The notes under the pieces: generated by a model
What the model saw: only the letters and a program-made list of their open reading frames with translations
What the model was told of the DNA's origin: nothing
The model's database searches: none
Shown here: positions 32,234 through 41,298 of the stretch, in pieces
How positions within the stretch are numbered: position 1 is the first letter of the stretch
How the letters are laid out: the number at the start of each line of letters is the position of its first letter
Position numbers and translations under genes: made by a program
NCBI GenBank assembly: GCA_026992315.1
Contig: JALXAG010000139.1
Coordinates: 1-57,270 of the forward strand
Direction: 5' to 3'
DNA from: Sneathiellales bacterium
GTDB taxonomy: Bacteria > Pseudomonadota > Alphaproteobacteria > Minwuiales > Minwuiaceae
DNA length: 57,270 bases

Positions 32234-32587
32234 TTATCGTGTGGCGGCCCGGCCGGCTTCGCCTGCGGTTATGCCGGCACGGCGCAATTCCTGGTCGAGC
32301 CTGCCGCCGAGCCACAGGAAAAACATGCGGAAATCGCTGAGCAGCGACCATAGCGGATAGCGGAAGGTGGCGGGGCGGTTGCGTTCGATCAGGAAATGTC
32401 CGATCCAGGCGCAGCCATATCCGGCTATAACGGCGGCCCCCAGCAGGAACGGGGAGGCCAGGACAATGGCAGCCCCCAGCAGGACAAGCGCCCCGGCACT
32501 GCCGAGATAATGCAGCCCCCGGCATGCGGGATTGGCATGTTCGCGCAGATAGAACAGCCAGAATTCGTCATAGGTCCTGATCGTCAT
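32234..32587 (-). CDS. DUF962 (Mpo1-like) membrane protein
   Basis: From internal Met 142 of the 258-aa track ORF: MTIRTYDEFWLFYLREHANPACRGLHYLGS..GYGCAWIGHFLIERNRPATFRYPLWSLLSDFRMFFLWLGGRL.., which matches the short bacterial DUF962 pattern as I recall it. The upstream part of the track ORF is an extension. Confidence 0.65.
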   Translation of the reverse strand: MTIRTYDEFWLFYLREHANPACRGLHYLGSAGALVLLGAAIVLASPFLLGAAVIAGYGCAWIGHFLIERNRPATFRYPLWSLLSDFRMFFLWLGGRLDQELRRAGITAGEAGRAATR

Positions 32588-32753
32588 GTCTTTTCCTTGC
32601 CCCTGTTTTTCTTTCGCCCTTGTCTTACCCTTGCCCATGTCTTTTTCGCCGGTTTGGCATTTTTGTTTCAGCCCGGGGGCTGAGCTTGAGGCGGATTCTA
32701 ACAGTTTCCCTGCCCGGAGAGCAAATTTCCCCTCTTCGTCGGGGAAGATGTTG

Positions 32754-32769
32754 ACGTTTACGTAAACGT
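32754..32769. promoter_or_regulatory. perfect 16-bp palindrome ACGTTTACGTAAACGT in the divergent DUF962/MerR intergenic region (candidate MerR/LiuR-type operator)
   Basis: Read directly. It equals its own reverse complement and lies 20 nt upstream of the MerR ORF start. Confidence 0.5.
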
Positions 32770-32788
32770 AACATAGCATGCGGTCAGT

Positions 32789-33322
32789 GTGAATGCATGG
32801 GTGTGGAGGGATCCGATCGCCAGGGACCGCAGCAGCAAGCAGGAAGAATTCAGCATCACCGATCTGGCCGAGGAATTCTCGGTCACGCCACGAACCCTGC
32901 GCTTTTACGAAGACAAGCAATTGCTCGCCCCCCGCCGGGTCGGCATGAACCGCATTTATTCCCGGCGGGACCGGGCACGGCTGAAGCTGATTTTGAGGGC
33001 CAAGCGTCACGGATTCAGCCTGGCGGAAATCAAGGAAATTCTCGATTTATACGATGCCGGCGATGGTCAGGTGTCGCAGGCCAAGGTATCCTTGCAGAAG
33101 GCGCGTGAACGCGTCGCGGCGCTGGAAGTTCAGCGCCGGGAACTGGATGAGATCATCGATGAGCTGAAGTCCTACATCCGCTATGTCCAGGGATGGTTGC
33201 GCGACAAGGGTATTGCGGGTGAGGGCGGCGGCGATGCCGGGGGGCTCGGGGCGGGCGATCACGGCCCGCCGGATATATGCCGCCCGTTGCAGGATCGTAA
33301 GGTTTCAGAGTTCGAAGGGTAG
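32789..33322 (+). CDS. MerR family transcriptional regulator (LiuR-like, acyl-CoA catabolism context)
   Basis: ..FSITDLAEEFSVTPRTLRFYEDKQLLAPRRVGMNRIYSRRDRARLKLILRAKRHGFSLAEIKEIL.. (MerR HTH plus coiled coil). Directly upstream of the beta-oxidation genes. Confidence 0.85.
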   Translation: MNAWVWRDPIARDRSSKQEEFSITDLAEEFSVTPRTLRFYEDKQLLAPRRVGMNRIYSRRDRARLKLILRAKRHGFSLAEIKEILDLYDAGDGQVSQAKVSLQKARERVAALEVQRRELDEIIDELKSYIRYVQGWLRDKGIAGEGGGDAGGLGAGDHGPPDICRPLQDRKVSEFEG

Positions 33323-33360
33323 GATGTAAGACCCTGAATATGGTGAGAGGCCGGGTGGCC

Positions 33361-33389
33361 TTGACAGGCAGATATGGTGACCATAAATT
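33361..33389 (+). promoter_or_regulatory. candidate promoter TTGACA-N17-TAAATT with palindrome TATGGT-G-ACCATA (33373-33385) in the spacer, upstream of the first thiolase
   Basis: Read directly. ATATGGTGA also occurs about 30 nt upstream. Confidence 0.35.
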
Positions 33390-33436
33390 CTACCGAACGG
33401 TCGTAAGGTTACCTGGAACAGCAGGAGCGAAAGCAG

Positions 33437-34573
33437 ATGAAAAACGTTGTCATAGCCGGATACAAACGTTCACCCTTCACATTCGCCCGTAAAGGGGCTC
33501 TGGTGAAGGTCCGCCCGGACGAACTGGCCGCCCAGGTGGTGCGGGGGCTGGTGGAGGCCAGCGGCGTCAACGCGGAAGATCTGGAAGATGTCATCATGGG
33601 CTGTGCCTTCCCCGAAGGCGAGCAGGGTTTCAATGTGGCCCGCATCGTTTCCTTCCTGGCCAAGCTGCCCATTCATGTCGCCGCCACGACCGTCAACCGC
33701 TTCTGCGGGTCTTCCATGCAATCGGTTCACATGGCCGCCGGCGCAATCCAGATGGGCGCCGGCGATGTGTTCATGTGTGCCGGGATCGAGAGCATGAGCC
33801 GGGTGCCGATCGGTGGTTTCAACCCCTCCCCCCATCCGAAGCTCTATGCCGAATATCCGCAGGCTTATATCTCGATGGGGGATACGGCGGAGAATCTGGC
33901 AAAGAAATACGGCATCTCCCGCAAGGAGCAGGAGGAAATGGCCGTTGAAAGCCATCGTCGCGCCGCCGAGGCGCAGGCCGCGGGCAAATTCAAGGATGAA
34001 ATCGTGCCGATCCGCGATGGCGACAAGGTGGTCGATCAGGACGGCTGCATCCGTCCCGGCACCAATCTCGAGGATCTGGCCACGCTGAAGCCCGCCTTCG
34101 ATGCCGAGGGTACGGTGACGGCGGCGACCTCCTCGCCGCTGACCGATGGCGCTGCCGCGGTTCTGGTCTGCTCCGAGGAATATGCCGATGCCAACGGTCT
34201 GGACAAGATCGCCCGTATCCGCTCCATTGCCGTTGCGGGCTGTGCGCCGGAATATATGGGCATCGGCCCGTCCCCGGCTTCCGACAAGGCGCTGAAGCGG
34301 GCCGGTATCACGCTGAAGGATATCGATCTCATCGAGCTGAACGAGGCATTTGCCGCCCAATCCCTGGCGGTGATCCGTGAATCCGGTTTCGATTACGGCA
34401 TCACCAATATCGATGGCGGTGCGCTGGCCCTTGGCCACCCGCTGGGGGCGACGGGGGCACGCATTGTCGGCAAGGCTGCGACCCTGCTGCGCCGCGAAGG
34501 CAAGAACCTGGCGCTGGTCACCCAGTGCATCGGCGGCGGTCAGGGGATTGCCACCGTGCTGGAGGCCTGCTGA
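33437..34573 (+). CDS. acetyl-CoA C-acyltransferase (3-ketoacyl-CoA thiolase)
   Basis: 378 aa. ..VNRFCGSSMQSV.. (active-site Cys), ..NEAFAAQ.. and ..[17 protein letters not shown]... Confidence 0.95.
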   Translation: MKNVVIAGYKRSPFTFARKGALVKVRPDELAAQVVRGLVEASGVNAEDLEDVIMGCAFPEGEQGFNVARIVSFLAKLPIHVAATTVNRFCGSSMQSVHMAAGAIQMGAGDVFMCAGIESMSRVPIGGFNPSPHPKLYAEYPQAYISMGDTAENLAKKYGISRKEQEEMAVESHRRAAEAQAAGKFKDEIVPIRDGDKVVDQDGCIRPGTNLEDLATLKPAFDAEGTVTAATSSPLTDGAAAVLVCSEEYADANGLDKIARIRSIAVAGCAPEYMGIGPSPASDKALKRAGITLKDIDLIELNEAFAAQSLAVIRESGFDYGITNIDGGALALGHPLGATGARIVGKAATLLRREGKNLALVTQCIGGGQGIATVLEAC

Positions 34574-34575
34574 TC

Positions 34576-36909
34576 ATGGCTATCGGAAAAGTTGCCGTTA
34601 TCGGCTCTGGCGTGATGGGGGCGGCGATTGCCGCTCACGCCGCCAATGCGGGGGCGGATGTCGTCCTGCTGGATATCGTTCCCGAGGGGGCGGAGGATCG
34701 CAGCGTGCTCGCCAGATCGGCGATCGCGAAAATGCTGAAAACCAAGCCCGCGCCGTTCATGCACAAGCGCAATGCCAGGCGGATCACGCCCGGCAATCTG
34801 GAAGACGATCTGGGGCTGATTGCCGATTGCGACTGGATTTGCGAGGCGGTGATCGAGAATCCCGATATCAAGCGGGATCTCTATGGCCGTCTCGAGGATG
34901 TGCGCAAGGATGGCTCTATCATTACCTCCAACACCTCGACCATGCCGCTGTCGGTGCTGACCGAAGGCATGCCCGAACGTTTCCGCCGCGATTTCGCCAT
35001 CACCCATTTCTTCAACCCGCCGCGTTACATGCGTCTGCTCGAACTGGTGGGCGGCCCCGATACCCGCCCCGAGGTGCTGGAGGAACTGCGCGGCTTCTGC
35101 GATGTCTCCCTGGGCAAGGAAGTGGTCGATTGCCGCGATACGCCGGGCTTCATCGCCAATCGCATCGGCATCTACTGGTCGCAGGTGGCAATGGCCAAGG
35201 CCTATGATCTGGGATTGAGTGTCGAGGAGGCCGATGCCATCGTCGGCAAGCCGATGGGCATTCCCAAGACCGGCATTTTCGGCCTGGCCGATCTGACCGG
35301 CATCGATCTCGGCCCCCATGTCATCGCCAGCATGCTGAAACTGCTGCCTGAAACCGATGCGCTGGCCCAGGCCTACGATCCCGAACATGGGCTGAAGAAG
35401 CTCATGGATAAGATGATTGCCGAGGGCTATACCGGGCGCAAGGGCAAGGGCGGCTTTTACCGCATGCGCAAGGAAGGCGGCCGCCGGATCAAGGAAGTGC
35501 TCGATTTTGCCACTGGCGAATACCGCCCGGCGGACAGGCCGCAGCCGCCCTCCGTCAAGGCGGCGGGGCGCAATATGCGTGCCTTGTGCGAATTCGACGA
35601 CAAGGGCGGGCGCTATGCCTGGGCGGTGCTTTCGGCGGTGTTGAGCTACAGCGCTTCCCTGATCCCCGAGATCGGCGAGGATATCGATGCCATCGACCGG
35701 GCAATGAAGGCCGGTTACGCCTGGAAATGGGGTCCGTTCGAGCAGATCGACATGCTCGGCGTCGATTGGTTCGTCTCCCGTCTGGAAAAGGAAGGGCGCG
35801 AAGTGCCGCCTTTGCTGAAGGCAGCGGCGGGGCGTCCTCTTTACAAGGAGGAGGGGCGTTCCCGCTACCGCATGACCCTGTCGGGTGACTATGTGGAAAT
35901 TCCGGTGCCCGAAGGGGCGTGGATGCTGGCCGATATCAAGCGTGGCGCCGAACGCATCGACGGCAACGGCTCCGCCAGCCTGTGGGATCTCGGCGACGGG
36001 GTTGCCTGCCTCGAGCTGCATTCGAAGATGAACTCCATCGATGACAAGATGGTGGAGATGTTCGTCAAGGCCGGCAAGATCGACAAGCGGGGCTTCAGGG
36101 CGCTGGTCATCGGCACCGATGCGGACAACTTCTCGGTCGGGGCCAATCTCGGCGTGGCGCTGTTCGCCGCCAATATCGGCCTGTGGCCGGTGCTGGAAGG
36201 GGCGATCGCCAATCTGCAGAACGCCCTGACGGGCCTGAAATATGCGCCTTTCCCGGTGGTCGCCGCGGTGGGCGGCATGGCATTGGGCGGCGGCTGCGAG
36301 ATCGCCCTGCATGCGGATGCGGTGCAGGCCCATGCCGAATCCTATATGGGGTTGGTCGAAGTGGGGGTCGGCCTGCTGCCCGCCGGCGGCGGCTGCAAGG
36401 AAATGATCACCCGCGCGGTATCCAACCGCAAGCGGCCCGGCGGCCCGATGCCGCCGGTGGCGCAGGTGTTCGAGATCATTTCGACCGCCAAGGTCTCGAC
36501 CTCGGCGGAAGAGGCCCGCGATCTCGGCTTCCTGCGGCGGACCGACCGGATCACCATGAACCGCAAGCGCCTGATGGCCGATGCCAAATCCCGCGCCCTG
36601 GAACTGGCGGAAGGGTATGTGGCGCCGGAACCCATCGAGCTGTTCCTGCCGGGTCCGACCGGTCAGGCGGCGCTGGCGCTGGCCGTGGAGGGGTTCGTCA
36701 AGTCGGGCCGGGCGAGCGAATACGATGCCGTGGTTTCCGCCGAGGTGGCACGTGTCATCACCGGCGGCGATACCGACATCACCGAGCCGGTGAGCGAACA
36801 ACAGCTTCTCGATCTGGAACGCGCCGGATTCATGAAGCTTCTGCACAATGAAAAGACGCTTGAGCGGATGGAGCACATGCTCACCACCGGCAAGCCGCTG
36901 CGCAACTAG
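34576..36909 (+). CDS. 3-hydroxyacyl-CoA dehydrogenase / enoyl-CoA hydratase fusion, HADH-first (FadN-type) domain order
   Basis: ATG 2 nt after the thiolase stop. N-terminus MAIGKVAVIGSGVMGAAIAAHAANAGADVVLLD (Rossmann). The C-terminal third has the crotonase motif ..AAVGGMALGGGCEIALHAD..GLVEVGVGLLPAGGG... Confidence 0.9.
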   Translation: MAIGKVAVIGSGVMGAAIAAHAANAGADVVLLDIVPEGAEDRSVLARSAIAKMLKTKPAPFMHKRNARRITPGNLEDDLGLIADCDWICEAVIENPDIKRDLYGRLEDVRKDGSIITSNTSTMPLSVLTEGMPERFRRDFAITHFFNPPRYMRLLELVGGPDTRPEVLEELRGFCDVSLGKEVVDCRDTPGFIANRIGIYWSQVAMAKAYDLGLSVEEADAIVGKPMGIPKTGIFGLADLTGIDLGPHVIASMLKLLPETDALAQAYDPEHGLKKLMDKMIAEGYTGRKGKGGFYRMRKEGGRRIKEVLDFATGEYRPADRPQPPSVKAAGRNMRALCEFDDKGGRYAWAVLSAVLSYSASLIPEIGEDIDAIDRAMKAGYAWKWGPFEQIDMLGVDWFVSRLEKEGREVPPLLKAAAGRPLYKEEGRSRYRMTLSGDYVEIPVPEGAWMLADIKRGAERIDGNGSASLWDLGDGVACLELHSKMNSIDDKMVEMFVKAGKIDKRGFRALVIGTDADNFSVGANLGVALFAANIGLWPVLEGAIANLQNALTGLKYAPFPVVAAVGGMALGGGCEIALHADAVQAHAESYMGLVEVGVGLLPAGGGCKEMITRAVSNRKRPGGPMPPVAQVFEIISTAKVSTSAEEARDLGFLRRTDRITMNRKRLMADAKSRALELAEGYVAPEPIELFLPGPTGQAALALAVEGFVKSGRASEYDAVVSAEVARVITGGDTDITEPVSEQQLLDLERAGFMKLLHNEKTLERMEHMLTTGKPLRN

Positions 36910-36919
36910 GGAGTGAACG

Positions 36920-38710
36920 ATGCCAACCTATACTGCGCCGACAGACGATTACAAATTCCTGCTGCATCAGGTCTTCAATCTGCAAAATCAGGCCAATGTG
37001 CCCGGTTTCGAGGAGGCAACGCCCGATCTGATCGACGCCATTCTCGATGAGGGCGGCAAGTTCCTCTCCGAGGTGATCGCCCCGCTCAATCAGGTGGGGG
37101 ATCGCGAAGGCTGTGTGTGGAAGGACGGGGAGGTCACCACGCCCCCCGGCTTCAAGCAGGCATATGATCAGTATTGCGAAAGCGGTTGGAACGGTCTGAC
37201 CGCCGATCCGGAATATGGCGGTCAGGGCCTGCCGCATGTGCTGGGCACCGTGTTCAGCGAAATGATCAGCAGTGCCAACCTGTCCTTCGGCATGTATCCG
37301 GGGCTGACCCACGGTGCCTATGAGGCCATCGTCCGGCACGGATCGGAAGAACAGAAGAAGCTTTATCTGCCGAAGATGGTCAGCGGCGAATGGACCGGCA
37401 CCATGAACCTGACGGAGCCTCACTGCGGCACCGATCTGGGGCTGATGCGCACCAAGGCCGAACCGCAGGAAGACGGCACTTACCGGATCACGGGAACGAA
37501 GATTTTCATTTCCGCCGGTGAGCATGACATGAGCCGGAACATCATCCATCTGGTGCTGGCGAAGATTCCCGGCGGGCCGGAAGGCATCAAGGGGGTCAGC
37601 CTGTTCATCGTGCCGAAATTCCTCGTCAACGAGGACGGCTCGCTGGGCGAACGCAATGCCGTAAGCTGCGGCTCCATCGAAGAGAAGATGGGCATTCACG
37701 GCAATTCGACCTGTGTGATGAACTATGACGGCGCCGTCGGCTATCTGGTCGGACAGAAGCACAAGGGCATGCGGGCGATGTTCACCATGATGAATGCCGC
37801 CCGTCTCGGCGTCGGCATTCAGGGGCTCAGCCAGGCCGAGGTCGCCTATCAGAACGCCGCCGCCTATGCTCGCGAACGCCTTCAGGGGCGGTCGATTTCC
37901 GGCGCGAAAAACCCCGATCTGCCGGCGGATCCGATCATCGTGCATCCCGATGTGCGGCGCATGCTGCTGACGATCCGTTCCTTCACCGAAGGGGCGCGGG
38001 CCCTGGCCACATGGATCGGCATCCAGATCGACCTGGCCGAAAAGCATCCCGATCCCCAGGTGCGCAAGGAATGCGAGGATCTGGTCGCTCTGGTGACGCC
38101 GGTGGTCAAGGGGTTCCTGACCGATGCCGGTTTCGAATCGACCGTCATGGCGATGCAGGTGCTGGGCGGGCACGGCTATATTCGCGAACACGGCATGGAA
38201 CAATTCGTTCGCGATGCCCGTATCACCCAGATCTATGAGGGGGCCAACGGCATTCAGGCGCTCGATCTGGTGGGACGCAAGCTGCCGCAGGGTTTCGGCA
38301 GGCTCTTGCGGCGGTTCTTCCACCCCCTGCTCGATTTCATTCAGGAAAATATGAGCGACCCTGCAATGAAGGATTTCATCATGCCGCTGGCCAAGGGCAC
38401 GGCCAAGCTGCAGCAGGCGACGGCCCATCTGGCAGAGGCCGGGATGAAGAATCCGGACGAGATGGGGGCCGCCTCGGCCGAATATCTGCGCATGTTCGGC
38501 ATCGTGACCTTGGGCTATATGTGGGCGCGCATGGCCAAGGTTGCCAATGAACGCCTTGCCGAGGGGGCGGAACCGCGCAGCTATTACGAAAACAAGCTGC
38601 TGGTGGGGCGTTTTTACATGCAGCGCTGGATGCCCGATGTATCCTCGTTGTTCGTGAAGATGGCCGCGGGCGGCAAGGTGATGATGTCGATGGATCAGGA
38701 CGCGTTCTGA
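36920..38710 (+). CDS. acyl-CoA dehydrogenase (long, about 600-aa FadE/YusJ-like type)
   Basis: 596 aa. ..MNLTEPHCGTDLG.., ..GIHGNSTC.. and ..LGGHGYIREHGMEQFVRDARITQIYEGANGIQ... Confidence 0.9.
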   Translation: MPTYTAPTDDYKFLLHQVFNLQNQANVPGFEEATPDLIDAILDEGGKFLSEVIAPLNQVGDREGCVWKDGEVTTPPGFKQAYDQYCESGWNGLTADPEYGGQGLPHVLGTVFSEMISSANLSFGMYPGLTHGAYEAIVRHGSEEQKKLYLPKMVSGEWTGTMNLTEPHCGTDLGLMRTKAEPQEDGTYRITGTKIFISAGEHDMSRNIIHLVLAKIPGGPEGIKGVSLFIVPKFLVNEDGSLGERNAVSCGSIEEKMGIHGNSTCVMNYDGAVGYLVGQKHKGMRAMFTMMNAARLGVGIQGLSQAEVAYQNAAAYARERLQGRSISGAKNPDLPADPIIVHPDVRRMLLTIRSFTEGARALATWIGIQIDLAEKHPDPQVRKECEDLVALVTPVVKGFLTDAGFESTVMAMQVLGGHGYIREHGMEQFVRDARITQIYEGANGIQALDLVGRKLPQGFGRLLRRFFHPLLDFIQENMSDPAMKDFIMPLAKGTAKLQQATAHLAEAGMKNPDEMGAASAEYLRMFGIVTLGYMWARMAKVANERLAEGAEPRSYYENKLLVGRFYMQRWMPDVSSLFVKMAAGGKVMMSMDQDAF

Positions 38711-38824
38711 TCGTCGTTACGGCAAGGGGCGGCACCGGATGCGGTGTCGCCTTTTTCGCATAACAAGGAAACGGAGTTTCCGGCGGCCCCGCGTCGCCGG
38801 GCTCAACCGTTCAGGGAGGGTGGC

Positions 38825-39967
38825 ATGGCGCTGAAGCGCGAAATTTTTTCCGAGGAACACGAAATTTTCATCGAACAGGCCCGCCGTTTCATGGAGGAGG
38901 AGCTGCTTCCCCATACGGAACGCTGGGAGGAGCAGGGTTACGTCGACCGCGATGTCTGGTTGAAGGCCGGAGAGCTGGGCCTGCTGTGCCCGACCATGCC
39001 GGAAGAATATGGCGGATCCGGTGTCGACCGTCTGTTCAGCATGATCCTGATCGAGGAACAGGCCCGCGTCGGCTGTTCCGGCCCCGGTTTTTCGCTGCAT
39101 TCGGATATCGTGGCGCCTTATATCCTGCATTATGGTACCGAAGAGCAGAAAAAGCGCTGGCTGCCGGAAATGGCGGCCGGCCGGGCCATCGGTGCCATCG
39201 CCATGACCGAACCGGGCGGCGGTTCCGATCTGCAGGCGGTGAAAACAACCGCCATCCGCGACGGCGACGAGCTGGTGATCAACGGTGCCAAGACCTTCAT
39301 CACCAATGGCTGGCATGCGGATATTGTGATCGTTGTCTGCAAGACCGATCCCAGCCAGGGCGCCAAGGGGATCTCCCTGGTGCTGGTGGAAGGCGACCGG
39401 GAAGGGTTCCGCAAGGGCAAGCGGCTGAAAAAGATGGGCATGAAGGCCCAGGACACGGCGGAATTGTTCTTCGACGATGTGCGGGTGCCGGTTGCCAACA
39501 TGCTCGGCGCCGAGGGCCAGGGCTTCGTCTATCTGATGCAGGAACTGGCCTGGGAGCGGCTGCAGATCGCCATATCCGCCATCGCCAATGCCGAGGCGGC
39601 CTTGCGCTGGACCCAGGATTACGTCAAGGAACGCAAGGCTTTCGGCCAAAGGATCGCCGATTTCCAGAATACGCGCTTCAAGCTGGCGGAAATGGCGACT
39701 GAAATTCAGATCGGGCGCGTCTTCGTCGATCGCTGCATGCAGGATGTGCTGAAGAACGAACTGGATCCGACCACGGCGGCCATGGCCAAATACTGGTGCT
39801 CCGACCTGCAGTGCAAGGTGCTGGACGAAGGCGTGCAGCTTCACGGGGGTTACGGCTATATGTGGGAATATCCCATTACCCGTGCCTTTGCCGATGCGCG
39901 CGTTCAGCGCATTTACGGCGGTACCAACGAAATCATGAAGGAACTGATCGGCCGCTCTCTGGTATGA
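38825..39967 (+). CDS. acyl-CoA dehydrogenase (380 aa, classical)
   Basis: ATG 38825 preceded by AGGGAGGG. ..AMTEPGGGSDL.. and ..HGGYGYMWEYPITRAFADARVQRIYGGTNEIMKELI... Confidence 0.92.
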   Translation: MALKREIFSEEHEIFIEQARRFMEEELLPHTERWEEQGYVDRDVWLKAGELGLLCPTMPEEYGGSGVDRLFSMILIEEQARVGCSGPGFSLHSDIVAPYILHYGTEEQKKRWLPEMAAGRAIGAIAMTEPGGGSDLQAVKTTAIRDGDELVINGAKTFITNGWHADIVIVVCKTDPSQGAKGISLVLVEGDREGFRKGKRLKKMGMKAQDTAELFFDDVRVPVANMLGAEGQGFVYLMQELAWERLQIAISAIANAEAALRWTQDYVKERKAFGQRIADFQNTRFKLAEMATEIQIGRVFVDRCMQDVLKNELDPTTAAMAKYWCSDLQCKVLDEGVQLHGGYGYMWEYPITRAFADARVQRIYGGTNEIMKELIGRSLV

Positions 39968-40027
39968 TTACCGGCGGGTCCGAGCGTAACCGATGAAGCG
40001 GCACGGCGCCGCAGACAGGAGGCAAGG

Positions 40028-41236
40028 ATGACGGAAGCCCTGATTTACGACACGGTCAGAACGCCGCGCGGCAAGGGCCGCAAGGGTGGTGGCCTGAACA
40101 GCATGACGCCGATTTCCCTGGCCAGCCATGTGCTGAAGGAAATCCGCGACCGCAACGAACTGGATACCAGCCTGGTCGATGACGTGATCCTGGGTTGTGT
40201 GGAACCGGTGGGCGAACAGGGGGCGGATATCGCGCGTGTGGCGGTGCTGAATGCCGATTATGCCGAAACCACATCGGGCGTGCAGATCAACCGCTTCTGC
40301 GCCAGCGGGCTGGAGGCCTGCAACATGGCGGCGGCGCAGGTGATGTCCGGTCAGTCCGACTTCGCCATTGGCGGCGGGGTGGAAAGCATGAGCCGGGTGC
40401 CGATGATGTCCTCGGGCGGGGCCTGGGCGTCGGATCCGGCGGTGGCCTTCAAGACCTATTTCGCGCCGCAGGGGGTCAGCGCCGATCTTATCGCCACCCT
40501 GCATGGCTTCAGCCGCGACGATGTCGATGCCTATGCCGTGGAAAGCCAGCGCCGCGCGGCCGAGGCATGGAAGGAAGGCCGTTTCGCCAGATCCGTGGCG
40601 CCGGTGAAGGATATCAACGGCGTTACGGTGCTGGATCGCGACGAGCATATGCGCCCTGAAACCACCATGCAGAGCCTGGCGGCGCTGGAGCCTTCCTTCA
40701 AGATCCAGGGCGAGAATTACGGTTTCGATTCCGTGGTCAGGCAGCGCTATCCGGAGGTGGAGCGCATCGACCACGTGCATCATGCGGGCAATTCCTCCGG
40801 CATCGTCGACGGGGCCGCTGTGGTGCTGATCGGCTCGCCCGAAGCGGGCAAGGCCGCCGGCCTGAAGCCGCGGGCGCGTATCCGGGCCTTTACCTCCATC
40901 GGCTCGGAGCCTTCGATCATGCTGACCGGTCCCTCCTATGCGGCGGAAAAGGCGCTGAAGCGCGCGGGGATGACGCGCTCCGATATCGATCTGTGGGAAC
41001 TGAACGAGGCCTTCGCCTCTGTCGTTCTGCGCTTCATGGAGCTGATGGAAATTCCGCACGATCAGATCAACGTCAATGGCGGCGCCATTGCCATGGGCCA
41101 TCCGCTGGGCGCGACGGGGGCGATGATCCTCGGCACGGTGCTGGACGAGCTGGAGCGGCGCGATCTCAACACGGCGCTGGTGACGCTCTGCGTCGGCGCG
41201 GGCATGGGCACGGCGACCATCATCGAACGGGTCTGA
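40028..41236 (+). CDS. acetyl-CoA C-acyltransferase (FadA-like thiolase)
   Basis: 402 aa. ..[11 protein letters not shown].., ..NEAFASV.. and ..[17 protein letters not shown]... Confidence 0.95.
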   Translation: MTEALIYDTVRTPRGKGRKGGGLNSMTPISLASHVLKEIRDRNELDTSLVDDVILGCVEPVGEQGADIARVAVLNADYAETTSGVQINRFCASGLEACNMAAAQVMSGQSDFAIGGGVESMSRVPMMSSGGAWASDPAVAFKTYFAPQGVSADLIATLHGFSRDDVDAYAVESQRRAAEAWKEGRFARSVAPVKDINGVTVLDRDEHMRPETTMQSLAALEPSFKIQGENYGFDSVVRQRYPEVERIDHVHHAGNSSGIVDGAAVVLIGSPEAGKAAGLKPRARIRAFTSIGSEPSIMLTGPSYAAEKALKRAGMTRSDIDLWELNEAFASVVLRFMELMEIPHDQINVNGGAIAMGHPLGATGAMILGTVLDELERRDLNTALVTLCVGAGMGTATIIERV

Positions 41237-41298
41237 AACGAGCCGCCGAACGAAACACTATCAGAACGGGGCGCCCGCCAGGCGGGCGGTAAGGGAAT

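Noticed and set aside
34540-36876. 778-aa minus-strand ORF antisense to the FadN-type gene. Similar long antisense or alternate-frame ORFs occur at 41062-43380, 54197-56104, 7370-8830, 12689-14131, 36881-38428, 17585-18961, 10787-12517, 26284-27456, 38717-39844, 39968-41101 and 1763-3640.
   Set aside because: These are shadow ORFs typical of GC-rich DNA. Their translations are Arg/Gly/Pro/His-rich low-complexity strings with no recognisable family motifs. The opposite or other frame carries unmistakable conserved proteins.
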